Below, one piece after another: positions 37,041 through 49,249 of a DNA stretch of 64,000 nt; positions within the stretch are counted from its first letter, which is position 1, and every line of letters starts with the position of its first letter. The notes beneath the pieces are model-generated. The model ran no database searches. It was given only the letters and a program-made list of their open reading frames with translations, and was not told where the DNA came from. Source of the DNA: Felis catus (Eukaryota). The stretch is taken from positions 238,764,001 to 238,828,000 of the forward strand of contig NC_058368.1 of NCBI RefSeq assembly GCF_018350175.1. The letters run 5' to 3'. The position numbers were made by a program, and so were the translations under genes.

Positions 37041-40000
37041 CCCAAGCAGGCTCCATGCTCAGCTTGGAGCCCAGTGCAGGGCTTGATCCCACGACCCGAG
37101 CCAGTATCAAAAGTCAGACACTTAACCGCTGAGCCACCCAAGCACCCCCGGAGCTCTCACTTTGTGTGCAGCGCCCTGAGCACCCCATCGACCTGCCAGC
37201 CAGCTGAGCACTCAACACGCAGCTCTCGGGACTCCCACATGCCGTGGAGCTGAGGTATTTATCCTGTTTACGGGCTGCTTCCCCTTTAGCTTCCAAAGGA
37301 CAAGAGAGCCCCGCTGTCCAGTCTGTCGGCCAGCGTGGCCAGCACACGGCAGGCACAAGGCATCCCACGAGCACGCTTCCCAGGCCACTGGGCTTGGTGT
37401 GGGGGATGTGGCGATGCTCCCCCGGGGCCCGAGTCAACACACAGGCCAGGCCGCAGGAAGCATGTGGCCTGGGGAGCCCCCAGGAAGGCCAGCTTCACCC
37501 GGTGTCTGGAAACAGGTGTGTAGTGCGGGGTGAGCAAGGGTGAGCCACTGAGGGTTAGGGGCAGGGAGTGTGCGGGTCACAGGAGTCCAGGCGGAGGGAT
37601 GACACGGCTGGGATTCTTGTCTGGGGACGGGCTTTGTCCCAAAGAGTCAGACCCACACAAAGGAAGGCCTGGAAGGGTGGCCTAGAGGGGCCTGAACAGG
37701 AAGCGTGAAGTTAAGGGCACAGGAAGGGGTGAGGGCAACCGGAAACCCGTGCGTCTCCATTCCCTCCTGAGCCCCCACACCTGCCAGCGACAGGAGGGGC
37801 GCCGGGACCCCACCTTCTGGCTCGAGCAGGGGCTGCACAGGGAGGACATCGGGTCAATGGGAACCCTGGAGGCAGGAGCTGCAGGGCTGAGTGAGCGCCC
37901 CGGGAGTGTCCGACGCCCAGTCTAGGTGGACCCGCAGGCCCGTGAGGGGTAACCAACAGAAGAGGGAAGGAGGCTGACAGCAGAAACTAGGCGGTCTGGA
38001 GAGTGGAGGCAGGGGAAGGGTGGCTGAAGGTCTGACGGTGCGGAAAATTCCAGGGAGGGCAGATGGCTCTCAGGTAAGGGAGGGGCAGAAACCAGACTGA
38101 GGAGCAGGGGTGGGGCTGGGAGCAGAGCCCAGGGAGGAAGGAGGAGCAGCTACAGGGGCACATGGCTGGCCCCGAACAGGGTGGAAGCAAGCAGGCCAGC
38201 AACAGCTGCGGCTCAGGAAATTACAGCCCCTCACAGCAGGTCGCAGGTCGTAAACCGTAAATGTACTGCGGGAGGCCCGGGAAAACAGCCCACGGCACGA
38301 TTCGGTTCCCCACCAGTCCACGCGGACAAGCTAGCTCTGCAGCCGGGCAGCCTCCCAGTGGGAGAGCGCTCCCGGGACCCACCGAGGGCTGTGATCCGGG
38401 GTGGGGGTGGGGGCCCGGACCGAGTCAGGTTACGAGGAGTCACTCCCTAAAGCTGCACGGGCTCAGGGCACACTGACCACAGGCCCCGGACCTGCAAGGC
38501 TGGGCTGTGGAGACGTGAAATCTGGCCCCATGAAGCGCACGCGGGGGGCGCTCGCCTGTCCATCGCCAGCCCTGCAACGCCAACCAACACTGGGCGGTGC
38601 CGGCATCGGTGCCGGAGGGTGGCCGTGTCTCACGGTCACGCGCTTCTCCGCACACTTGAGTTTCGCTTTATGTTTCCGATACCTTAGTGAAAGTTCCTGC
38701 CCACGAAGTGGTGCATTTAGCAGATACACCGCCTCAGGTGTGGGAGAAGGGCCGAAACTCAGCAGCCGTGTGTCCACTCAGAGGAGCTGAGTAACGTGTA
38801 GAGGCGTGTGGCCACCTCACACCCTCCCTGTGGCTTCTCACGTGAGACCACCGTGTCAGCATTACCTCTTAATCTGATCGATCTGGGTTAAGACAGCGTT
38901 GACCACACGGATGGCATCTGACGGCTCGGTACCTGCTCTGCAAGCGTTGCGGGCGGCCGTGAGGCTCTCCACCTGTGGGGATGGGGCGACAGGTCGGAAA
39001 GGACAGCACCCGACCCCAGGGGCAGCCATGTGCTGCATCAACCGAGCAAGCGAGGGACAAGTGAACAGGTACGCGTGAGCCCGCTATGCCGGGAGCTTGA
39101 CGTGCGGGACGCCGGGGAGGAGAGGGCTGCGTGACAGGAGTGCCGGATGGAGGACGGACTCGGCCAGGGGTCCAATTTCCTTCAGTCACGGGTGTGATGT
39201 CCAGCTGCACCTACCTCATCAATCAGCACGAACACCAGCGCATCTCTGTCATCAATCAATTCCTGAATCTTCTGGAACATCTTCGTTACCAGCTTGCCAC
39301 TCTGGAACCAAAACACTCCTTTAATGTTGACTTGTACGCTTCACGCCGCCTGCTGCACACCCTTATCTGCCGTCCCTGCCCAGCCTCGTTATGACCCCAG
39401 GGGGCCCCACAAGCCCATTGTCTCCTGACGGCCCCCTGGAGAAATCCCTAAATCCTAGGAGCCAGGGCCACACGGGAGAGGCCGACCCACACGATCCCCT
39501 TGCCCCGCTCCACGTGCCAGGAAGCGCGCCCGAGCCCACGCCGGCTCAGCCCTGAGCCGCCTGGCACACGCAGGTGTCTCAGCGCCCTCCCTCCTTCCTT
39601 TTGCCTGCCATCCGCACCACCAGGAACAAGATGGGTCACAGATGCAAGCTAAGTGCACTCCTTACGGGTGCTCCGCGTCCTGGCTCACCACCCTCTGGAG
39701 GGATCTGTTTGCACCGGTGCCCGGGCAGAGCTCTCCTGTGCTGAGAGGCACCTGCAACATCACCTTGACCGAGCCCCACGGTTCGGACAGAGGAACACAG
39801 AGGAACGAGGCTCAGAGCCCTGAGGGCGTGCTCTCTGAGGATGCAGCCCTCTGCTGAACGCAGGTCCCGTCCTCAGAGAAAGCTGAGTGTCTGTCCCGTC
39901 CAAAGGTCTGGATGCCACCAGCAGAGGGTACTCTCGGGCCTATTTCCAAGTTACCGCTCAGTTCTGGAACTTCCCTCCGACCGCGAGTCCTCCCTACTGT

Positions 40001-43000
40001 CCCGTTACCTACTTCTGTCGAAGCTCTCGGAGGAGAGTTTGCCTACTCTACGAGACAGCAGTCCAACTACATGGTTGACAATGCCGACAAGCAGAAGCGA
40101 TGCTGATACTTACTTCCGAAAACCACTTAGAGAAGAGGCTGTGGCTGTTTATTTCAATTAATTGGCCATACCGGTACCTGAGATGATAAAACAGAGTTAC
40201 AACGAGTGGCTTCCAAATCGCTCCTACGGCACCCACAGGGGCGGCAACACTTCTGCTTTAACCCAGCATCCCTCTGCTGCCCGCTAACTGGTTAAGTCAC
40301 CACAGCTACCAACGAGGGCTGGTGCAGCAGCCTGCGCAAGTACTTACGACCATCTAACAACATGCAATCAGCGGTCCTAGCTGAAGCAAACTAAGGGTTT
40401 TGAACCGGAAAACATCTCTGCATCAAAACAACTTTTCATCTGCTTGTAACTGACGTCTCAGGTGCTCCAAGAAGCGTCACCAGCAGTAACGTGGTAGCAA
40501 AACAAAACGTAACCGTCAGACGTTTTCTGGCCAGAGCTGAACGTGTTTTCCTCCCTCCATAAACCCGACGAGTGGACAATCTGTTTCCCAGCAAAAACTC
40601 ACTTCCTGTGGACCCCAGGGCCACGGGGCACCCGGAGGCCCCGAGGTCAATCTCAGTATATACTGACAGACTGCAATCTAGCACTGGTCCTCTGTGCACA
40701 CGGGACACCTGGATGCACTTAGTTCTAACTAAAATCAAACAGGGAGCGAGACGGGGGCAGAAGGGAAGCCGAGCCCCGTCCCCGATGCCTCGAAAGTCCA
40801 CATGAGAAAGACAACCCCTTTCAAAAACTTGCAACTGGCTATCCGCTAATTCTGTTTACCAAAGAGGGGAGAGACAGACAACCTAATGGAATAAAGACTG
40901 GGCTGAATACTGAACAAAATCAACCCTAAGGCATTTCGATCAGGTGAGCAAGAAAGACTTGCTAAGGTTTCTCTCTGGCATTTCTAAGCCACAAAATAAA
41001 TGCGTATTTCCAGACGGTTGTACTGCAGGAAGTTTTCTTTCCTGCGGTAACATCTTCAGTGTCCAGTGTTTCAGGTAACGGCTCCAAGAGATCTGCGAGG
41101 CACAGATGCACCTTGGCAGGTCAAGACAAAACCAAGTTGCTCACACAGAATAAAAGGTAGAAAAAGAGCAACTTCCCTACGCAAAAATACTCACGGGACA
41201 TTTTTGAAAGGGAAGAAAATAAAGTATTCGTCCTAGGATACACGCTGGAGTAACAAGTCTCAGATCAATCCCCTGAATTAACTGGAAAAGGAGACGAAAT
41301 CATCGCAACAGCATCTGTGAATGGCGCCAGACAGCAGGCGTCAGGACTGTCACCCAGACAGGAACGAGGGAGCCCGCAAGCGCTCTGGCTCTTTGCCTAC
41401 AGCGCCTTCTGACCGCGACCCTGGAGGGGACCCAAGACGTGCACAGCCACCGCGCTGACTTGGACACAGAGGTCAGAGTTCGAGGAGCCTGAGGAGCTGT
41501 AGGCTGCAGAGCAGAGTTCCAGAGGGGAGGTAGACACGCAGGAGTAAAGCTCCGGGAATCGTCACGGGGTCCCTCTGGGTCTTTGCTGACGCTCGGGCGT
41601 GTGTGAATACGGAAATCCCAATCGGCTGGAGAGCCGTGAGGGGCACGGCTCCTGGTGCTCACAGGCTGGGAAGCTCGAGTTCCCAATGGCCAACGTGCAC
41701 AGTACCCGCTATCACTCAGGGTGCCCAAGTGAGATCCCAGAGGGCCTCACTTCACTATTAAGTCTGGACTCCTTTCCAGTAAAGCTTAAAAACAAACCTC
41801 AAAAGGGTTGCCCTAAATCACAAATGCAATGCCTAGCGGAACAAAACCCGACAAAAACAATGTCTGCACTCAACCAAAACTTACCTGACAGCACAAGCAG
41901 AAACGGACCCCAAACCAGGAGAAACGCCAGTCAACAGAAAGACCCGGAACTGACAACAAGGATGGACTGAGCAGGGAAAGCTGTGAAATGGTGACCACAC
42001 ACCGGCTCGAACATTTTAACAAGAGGATAACGCGGAGAGAATTGAAAAGTATAAAAGGAACCAAGTGGAACAGCCGGAAAAGAAAAACATGCAAACAGAA
42101 ATGGAAATGTCACTGAATTAAAAGCAGATCTGACATCTTAGAAAACTGCCCAAAATGGAACATAGAAAATTCTAAAATCCTCAAAGAAAAGAAGCCACAT
42201 CGGTGGCCCAGGGGAGAATAGCAAACAGCTGAACACGCAAATAAATGGGTCTGTTCCTAGAAAGTGAGTGTGTGTAGGGGGAATTCGTTGAGAAAATAAC
42301 AGCCGAATGGAGTCTAAACGCAAGGACTTCATAAGCCCCGGGAGAGACAGAACTCAAGGAGAAACACACAAATCCACCCCTAGCTTGGCCATGCCTTCTC
42401 AGGCAACAGGATGGGAGACCATCAGCGAGAGCAGAAAGCATCCGGCCCTGAGAGCGGACTGCATTCTGACATACACGTGGGACAGTCACCCAAAGAGCGC
42501 ATGCTGATCGTTAAAGCAAGCGCCGTAAACATACAAGACTGAAACTCTTAACTCAGAACAGTGCTCAGTACGGGAGTAAATTTGCTCTGAGAGAGAGGGA
42601 TCTACTAGTAAAGGAAAATTATGAAGAAATAAACAGCTTCCGTGTCACACATGAAAAGCAAGCGACCCGGTCCTGCTGCTCCCCTTTCTCGAATTACCAG
42701 AAGTTACCTGCTCGAAAGTCTGATGGTCAATTTCTGGGCTAGTGCCTTACACAGGGATGTTTTTCCAGTTCCCGGAGGACCTGTAACAAAACCCAAGCAG
42801 ATGTGTTTTTAAGTCAGCGTGGTAACAAATCCCTTAAAACAACGGGAGCTGCATTATCCCCGGCACACACAGCAAGGAGTGGGGCTCAGAGCTCCGAATG
42901 CTGTTACCCCAAGTACTGCCGGGCAGCCCACAAAGAAGTCGGCTAGCAGCGTGCGTGCTGCAAAATATTAACATGCTTCCCAAGGCTTTCCCTTTTTCTC

Positions 43001-46000
43001 CTTGTCTGACCTCGGCCTGTGTTTCCACTCTTGGCTTCCATGTCCCCAACACAGCATCGCCTCCCGGCCCGTGCGTCCCCTCAGCATCCAGAGCGAGCAC
43101 ATCTCCTGGTCTCCAACTTCGCTGACACCCTCCTTGTCCCCACACGTCCTCTAGAAAACCCACTCGCTAAGTCACCTCGTGAGAGGTCAAACACCTTTCA
43201 CGACAAGCATCTGGATCCTTAAGGCACTGATGTTTGTCATTCCAGCAGCCCACAGCATCCCCGTCTTCCACGGCAGCCCACACTAAACCAGAAGAGCAGC
43301 AGGCGAAGCCCTGCCCGTACAGCTTCTTGCCCCGTGTGCCACTGAGCAGGAGGCCTGGCAGCAGCTGAGACGCCAACACAGAGGGACAAATGCATCTACC
43401 AGAAGATGCAGACACTTTCGAATCTGATCTGCTCGCATTCTTGATAATTAAAGGAGAAACACAGAGCCGATTCTAAATGGGAAATACTTGATTTCACTAA
43501 TCAAAATACCCACGGATGGTCTGCCCAGAACCCAGTATCAGGACAATATGCTGAGATTATCTGCGGTTTAAAAGGCCCCGTGTTGGGGTTGCCTGGGTGG
43601 TTCAGTTAAGCATCTGAACCTTGATTTCGGCTCAGGCCAAGATCTCACAGTTTGTGAGACTGAACCCCGAGTTGGGCTCCGTGCTGACAGCGTGGAGCCT
43701 TTTCGGGATTCTCTCTCCCTCTCTCTGCCCTTCCCCCACTCGTGCGCTCTGTCTCCAAACAAATAAATACAATCTTAGAAGAAAATAAAAGATTTTTAAG
43801 ACTCTACAGAAGCCTATGGTCTTAACTAGTCTCAGAAGCTAATCACCCCCACCTCACTACTATTTGGGCATTCTCTCGATTTCCTTCTAACCGGGAACAT
43901 CAAGAAAAAACCCAACGTTCTCCTCTGAGAAGATTCAGACAGAATTTCAGTGAAGCAGGGCTGCTGTGGTTTATGGTCACAAAGCGAAGCCCTGGGAATA
44001 CTACAAGAACGTGAGGCAGTTCCTGCCCTAAGGACTGTACGATCACTTGGGGGAATTAGGCAGTTATATGAAAAGTTTAATAATAACATAGAAGAGTCAC
44101 AAGGCAGAGACCAGGCAGCTGCCGAGTGAAGGGTCAGGTGACACGTGCCCAGGGTAATGTGAGCTAGAGTGGCTTCTCAGGGAGGGGACATTCGAGGACA
44201 GCTCTGGCCGCATCAGAAAACAGAACTGTAACCCCTTGAAGGTCAGCGGGACAAGTAAAAAAGCCTGACTTCACATGGTTTACCTGGTTAAATAAAGAAA
44301 ACCCCACACGCTCTTACCGTGAAGCAGCACCACCCGGTTCCAGGCGATGAGATTGCTGTCGACGTTCTTGTCTGAAAACAGCAAGGTTGTCATCACGTAA
44401 TCGAGGAGCTGAGCGAAGAAAGGTAAAATGCACGTGGAGGTGTGGACAAGGCAAAGGTTCCCACCAGATGTGCCGCCGGAGCTCGTGCCCGAGGAGAGGG
44501 GCCGGGCGCCAGACCACCCCTCGGCGACTGCTGGCGCCGAGTGCCGGATGCTTCACAGGCTTTCGTTTTGGAAGAAACTCCAAACGTACGAGACCAGGTT
44601 GGCTGCTGCTACTCTAAGTATGCAGACAAACACAGGGGTCCCGCCAAAGGACAAGACTTAGCAAGTGACGAGTGGGCTCCTACCTCTGGGACAACACAGC
44701 AGCGGGCAAGCCACAGCACATTCACTTAGGACAACAGCCAGGACTGTGGTCGGGTAGCCCGGGTGATGTGGGGGATGGACTTCTAGTGTGCCCCACGGCA
44801 CGCAGGACCCTTCCCCTTGAAGGGGGCTCAGATGAGCTGGCGCTTGCTCAGACCTGCCGACCTGCTCTGTCTGCTCCTTGGCCCTGCCTCCTCAGTTCCA
44901 GTGCGTTAAGAGCACAATCCGGTGAAAGCTGTCTTTACGTTCTGCACCCTCCTCTTCCTCCCCCATGGGACAGACACCCGGGACACGGGCTGCCAGGAGC
45001 CATAAATTCCCAAAAGCCTATTTGAGTCACAGGGCTCCAAGATGCTGGAGGGCAACACAATATTGATCCCAACTCAAACAGCCGGGACTTCCTGCAAAAT
45101 TAGCACAGCAACTTACATGAGATTTGACTTCCACATCATATACCAGGCTGTCCCAAAGCCCATGGAATTCAGCTGGGAGAGAGGAAAACAAAAACCTAAT
45201 TTTAGGAAAACAAGCACCACAATGACCAGTGAGGTCTGCCCCGAGTCACTGACGCTTTCCACCGCGCCACACACCACAGGCTGAGAGTCTCATTACCGGG
45301 AAGTTAATTTTTGAATTGTTTCTTAAAAGTTTAATTTTTTTTTTTTTAATTTTTTTTTCAACGTTTATTTATTTTTGGGACAGAGAGAGACAGAGCGTGA
45401 ACGGGGGAGGGGCAGAGAGAGAGGGAGACACAGAATCGGAAACAGGCTCCAGGCTCTGAGCCATCAGCCCAGAGCCTGACGCGGGGCTCGAACTCACGGA
45501 CCGCGAGATCGTGACCTGGCTGAAGTCGGACGCTTAACCGACTGCGCCACCCAGGCGCCCCGAAAGTTTAATTTTTCTTTACAGATGCAAAATCACTGCC
45601 AGTCACTCAGCTTTCAACAGACAACCGAACGGAGTACGGAGTTACTTTTTCATCACGTGACCACGCGCAATTATCTCTTGTGGACCTGAGCTCTCCCACA
45701 AGCACATAGACTGCCCCACCGTCCTCCCCAGCAGCCAGCACTTGGGTGGGGCAGAGGCAGGTCTGGGCCGGCCGTCACGACACCACACGTAAACGCTGAG
45801 GACTCCACCGGCTAGAACCGAGGCAAGGTCCACAGGGAAGCCCGGAGAAGGAAGGAGGAAGGAAAGGGCCGGCAGGTGACCAACCGGGAAGGAAAGAGCA
45901 CCTCCGGATTCTCAGCACCATCTCCGAGGGACCCGCCTGCAGGAACACAGCCTCACAATGGAGACCCCTGCTTTCATCTTCTGTGATGTGCTCTCTGTTC

Positions 46001-48901
46001 CACAAGAAAAAAAACACCCCGAAAGCCTACAAAACAGATGGATGAATACAACCTCCTCAGCTAACTGCCTTGGAGAGAGCAGGCCACATGCCGACCCCTG
46101 ACCTCGTGTCCCAGGTGCGTACTGCCCGGCGCCAGTGCTCACGCACCTGCAGGCAGGACCCAGTGACTCGCCGCAGTTATGTTCTCGGTCTCCTCCTCCA
46201 GAGTCTCACTGCTGGGGCCGCCCTCATTCAGCTGGAAGACGTGAAGTGAAATTGTGCAGGCACCCAAGTCGATGGGCTGTGATGAGAGGGAGAGCAATCA
46301 ACCCACACAGACTGAACTCCCTTCCCAATTCTAGCCATGACAATTACCCAGTAACGTCCAAAAATAAAAATTGAATATGCAGAACGTTAGAAACTCGTTC
46401 GTAGATTAGGAAAAAGCCTATCGTATTCAGATTCGGTATCAACTCTTTAAGATGTTTCTCTCTCCCCTTTTGACTAAAAAACTCCTTTATTGTTCTTCGT
46501 AATCATGAAAATTGCGTGGTTGGTGAAAACATACAAACAATACTGAACGAAGTTTGTCAAAGTCGCCCATCCAACCTCACACACGCCCTGGTCTATCACA
46601 CAGCCACATGTACTTGACCAAAAACGGATTCAACCACACAGTTTTCTAACTGTGCCTTTCCCGCTTCTTTTTCACAGCTATGTCGTATTTACTGTGATCG
46701 TATCATCTGCTTAGTCAACCTCTAACTGACAGATAACCAAGATATTTCGAGTTGTCAGCTACTATTAACATATAGAAAGTCGCCCTTGCACTTCTACAAA
46801 ATCACATAATTACGTCTGAAGATGAATTTCTCTAGGTGAACAGGCAGAGCCAAAGATGAGAACGTTAAAACGTCTAATCGCTGGCCCCAGCACCCTCCAC
46901 TGAGGCTGCGTTAACCTGTCCTCCCTCAGTGGCGTGGAGAGCGCCTCTGTGTCCTCCAAGCTGTCCAAAATCAAGCAAGTATGATGGGTAAAAGTCACAG
47001 AGCCATGGGGCACCTGGGTGGCTCAGTCGGTTGAGCGTCCGACTTCGGCTCCGGTCATGATCTCACCATTCGGGGGTTCGAGCCCCGGGTCGGGCTGTGT
47101 GCTGACTACTCAGAGCCTAGAGCCTGCTTCGGGTTCTGGGTCTCCCCCTCTCTCGGCCCCTCCCCTGCTCACACTCTGTCTCTCAAAAATAAACATTAAA
47201 AATTTTTTTTAAAAAACCCCAAAACTGACAAAGACACAAACGTTAGTCCCAGTATAAGAAAGGAGAGGTCCACCTTCTAAGCAAACTTTTGGGGCCAAAC
47301 CAATGTTTCCCAACTGATTCTTTGTAAGACACGAGCCATGCGGATAGAGAGGATGTATCAGACACTGGGTTGTTTGTATAGTGACAAAAAGGTCCCAACA
47401 CACCCACCCTCTCCCACAAAGATGGTGGGCGAGGCCGTCCACACGCCAGACTAGACGAAGCCCTTCTCCACGGAAGGCCCATCTCATCCCTCAGCCCCCA
47501 AGCCTCCTACAGTCTATGCCGGTGGAGCGGTCCATGGACATCTGCTGCCTGGAAGGACAGAGAGCAGGGACAGAGGCCTCATCAGCACAGCCCATTCCAC
47601 GGCGCTGCGTTCTGCTTTCCCAATGGTCCCCCTACTGTGCTGTGAGCATCCTGACCCCGGGGCCAGCCCACTCCCAGCACCTGGCTCTTCCCAGACAAAG
47701 CAACAGATAAACAAACCACTTTCTGACAACACACCACCAAAGCAGTGAGCAGACATCCGTGATACTGACGTTGCTTTTTTTTTTTTTTTTTTTTTTAAGG
47801 TAAACTCAACACCCGACGTGGGGCTTGAACCTATGAACCCAGGATCAAGATTGCATGATCTGCTAAATGAGCCAGCCTGGTGCCCCATGACACTGACTTT
47901 GTATTCGACTATGGATTAGCGATTTCTTAGCAATATGAATTAGTCACCTGTGGGTCTTTAACCTTCAACTCTGTGTCAACAATAGACACAGACTGCACGT
48001 TTCTGCTCAGAAAAGGATCATCAAACTCGGTCCACGTGTAGTCACCAAACACAATGTTATGTCTGTTGAGCAGCTTTCTAACGCTCAGCTTTATATCTTC
48101 TTTTTTGGCAGTGCTGGGAACACAAGACACAGAGGTCAGGATGGTAACAAGTGCCTTCCACAAAATCAGGCCTTTCCGAGCACAGCGGTGGGCTCGCCTG
48201 GGGGTCAGCCCCAAGCCAAGCCCTGCCCTCCATCCGCCAAGAGGCCACAGCAACAGCTCCTGCCACCCGGGGCTGCCCCAATGGAAGATCAGCCCGGACA
48301 CACAGGCCTGGCGTGCGCCGCAAGCTCTCCGAGCTCTCGCTAGTGCTTCTACTGTTAGGAACGAAGGCGCAAAGCTCCCACAGCCGTGGGGTTGCAGCCC
48401 GAGTCCGCATTTTAACAAAAGCCCGAGGCCTGTGTTTCACGTGGGAAAACTCTGACACTTTCGGACTGGCATTCAAGGCTTCCAGGACGCCGACCGGTTC
48501 TGGACCATACCTGCCTCCGCCCCACCTCCCACACTGCCCCAGCCGGCCTCCCCCTCGGGCTCCCCCTCGGCGGCAGGCAGGCCCCCGGGAGGGTCCACCC
48601 TCCCGGGCGCCTGCCCCACGCAAGCCACACCCAGACCCCTCTGAAAGCTGCGGACCACGGGGGTTCGCCTGGGGTCCTGAGAGATCAGGTGGTGGGCGGC
48701 TGGGGTGACCGAACGGCCCGACAAACGCCAGGTCCGAGGATAACGTGCACACGCGCCCCTTCCTCCCCGGGCCCGTCCGGCTCCGCTTGGGTGCGGCGCC
48801 CGGGCTCACCTGCCGCTCCGCTGGTGCACCTCCACGTGGACGGTCGGCGCCTCGGCCACGCAGGGCAGCGCCTGCTTCAGGTCGCCCACGGCCTCGTCCA
48901 T
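32434..48901 (-). CDS. TRIP13: TRIP13 (pachytene checkpoint protein 2 homolog, AAA+ ATPase), complete 13-exon CDS, 432 aa
   Basis: Exons 48810-48901, 47948-48113, 46147-46276, 45117-45172, 44318-44408, 42708-42780, 40114-40177, 39215-39301, 38866-38972, 36422-36575, 34021-34133, 32908-32977 and 32434-32529 are all GT-AG and join in frame to 1299 nt. Protein runs [17 protein letters not shown]...; Walker [10 protein letters not shown], Walker B VFVLIDE. Confidence 0.98.
32807..32874. repeat. 20-bp G6-containing tandem repeat in TRIP13 intron 12
   Basis: GGGGGGCACA at 32821, 32841 and 32861. Confidence 0.85.
32908..32977 (-). CDS. TRIP13: TRIP13 exon 12
   Basis: [23 protein letters not shown]; donor GTGAGT; 70 nt. 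Confidence 0.97.
34021..34133 (-). CDS. TRIP13: TRIP13 exon 11
   Basis: [37 protein letters not shown]; 113 nt. Confidence 0.97.
34533..34729 (-). mobile_element. CanSINE (internally deleted head) with a (GGGGAGA)n tract
   Basis: poly-T, GAGGGGAGAGGGGAGAGG..., ACAGAATCCGAAGGAGGCTCC...CAGGCGCCCC. Confidence 0.9.
35816..35905. repeat. 33-bp tandem repeat, ~3 copies, TRIP13 intron 10
   Basis: CCAGTCAGATGAC(C/A)...CTGTGA(A/C)CTGTG(A/G)CCT at 35816, 35849 and 35882. Confidence 0.85.
36014..36248 (-). mobile_element. CanSINE
   Basis: poly-T, ACAGAATCTGAAGCAGGCTCCAGGCTCTGAGC...GACTGAGCCACCCAGGCACCCC. Confidence 0.93.
36422..36575 (-). CDS. TRIP13: TRIP13 exon 10
   Basis: [51 protein letters not shown]; 154 nt. 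Confidence 0.97.
36885..37148 (-). mobile_element. CanSINE with poly-C, poly-G and long (GA)n
   Basis: GAGAATCCCAAGCAGGCTCCATGCTCAGC...GAGCCACCCAAGCACCCC. Confidence 0.9.
38866..38972 (-). CDS. TRIP13: TRIP13 exon 9
   Basis: [35 protein letters not shown]; 107 nt. Confidence 0.97.
39215..39301 (-). CDS. TRIP13: TRIP13 exon 8 (Walker B)
   Basis: [29 protein letters not shown]; 87 nt. Confidence 0.97.
40114..40177 (-). CDS. TRIP13: TRIP13 exon 7 (pore loop)
   Basis: [21 protein letters not shown]; donor GTAAGT; 64 nt. Confidence 0.97.
41280..42330 (+). mobile_element. Ancient L1ME-type 5'/ORF1 remnant in TRIP13 intron 6
   Basis: ACCCCAAACCAGGAGAAACGCCAGTCAACAGAAAGACCCGGAACTGACAACAAGGATGGACTGAGCAG resembles the L1ME ORF1 start region. 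Confidence 0.55.
42708..42780 (-). CDS. TRIP13: TRIP13 exon 6 (Walker A)
   Basis: [24 protein letters not shown]; 73 nt. Confidence 0.97.
43585..43790 (+). mobile_element. CanSINE
   Basis: GGGGTTGCCTGGGTGGTTCAGTTAAGCATCTGAACCTTGATTTCGGCTCAGG...(CT)n, A-rich tail. Confidence 0.9.
44318..44408 (-). CDS. TRIP13: TRIP13 exon 5
   Basis: [30 protein letters not shown]; donor GTAAGA; 91 nt. Confidence 0.96.
45117..45172 (-). CDS. TRIP13: TRIP13 exon 4
   Basis: [18 protein letters not shown]; donor GTAAGT; 56 nt. Confidence 0.96.
45340..45561 (-). mobile_element. Young full-length Felidae-type CanSINE with perfect target-site duplication
   Basis: Head GGGGCGCCTGGGTGGCGCAGTCGGTTAAGCGTCCGACTTCAGCCAGGTCACGATCTCGCGGTCCGTGAG with CpGs intact; TSD AAAGTTTAATTTTT at 45326-45339 and 45563-45576. 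Confidence 0.96.
46147..46276 (-). CDS. TRIP13: TRIP13 exon 3
   Basis: [43 protein letters not shown]; 130 nt. Confidence 0.96.
47007..47216 (+). mobile_element. CanSINE
   Basis: GGGGCACCTGGGTGGCTCAGTCGGTTGAGCGTCCGACTTCGGCTC...CTCTCAAAAATAAACATTAAAAA. Confidence 0.93.
47775..47886 (-). mobile_element. Short CanSINE
   Basis: Long poly-T, AAGGTAAACTC...CCCGACGTGGGGCTTGAAC...GAGCCAGCCTGGTGCCCC. Confidence 0.85.
47948..48113 (-). CDS. TRIP13: TRIP13 exon 2
   Basis: [59 protein letters not shown] flanks; 166 nt. Confidence 0.97.
48810..48901 (-). CDS. TRIP13: TRIP13 coding exon 1
   Basis: GGCGCC ATG G start context; [30 protein letters not shown]; donor GTGAGC; 92 nt. Confidence 0.97.
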
Positions 48902-49249
48902 GGCGCCGCCTGGAGCAGCGGGGACCCGGCCGGAGCGTGGCCGCCGCCGCCTCGCGCCCCGAGCCGCCGCCGCCGCCGCCACCGCCCGGGCCGCCACCGC
49001 CCCGGCCGCGCCAGCCGCCCGCCCTCCCGCCCGCGCTTGAAAGTGCCGCGCACGGCGCACCGCCCTCTGACCCGGAAGCGCTGGGCGCCGGCGGGGCGAG
49101 ACGGCCCGACTTCCGGCGCCTGCTTCCGGCGGGGCCCGGCGACCTCCGCGGGGCCAGGCGGGTGGCGAGTCAGGGCCGCGGCGGCGGCGTCCACGCTGCG
49201 GCCGCGCTTGCTTGCAGCCCTCAGCCCCGCGCTCCGGCCCCGCGCCGCC

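Noticed and set aside
45340..45561. tRNA-like A/B boxes in SINE heads
   Set aside because: tRNA-derived CanSINE heads with (CT)n, poly-A tail and TSD; not tRNA genes.
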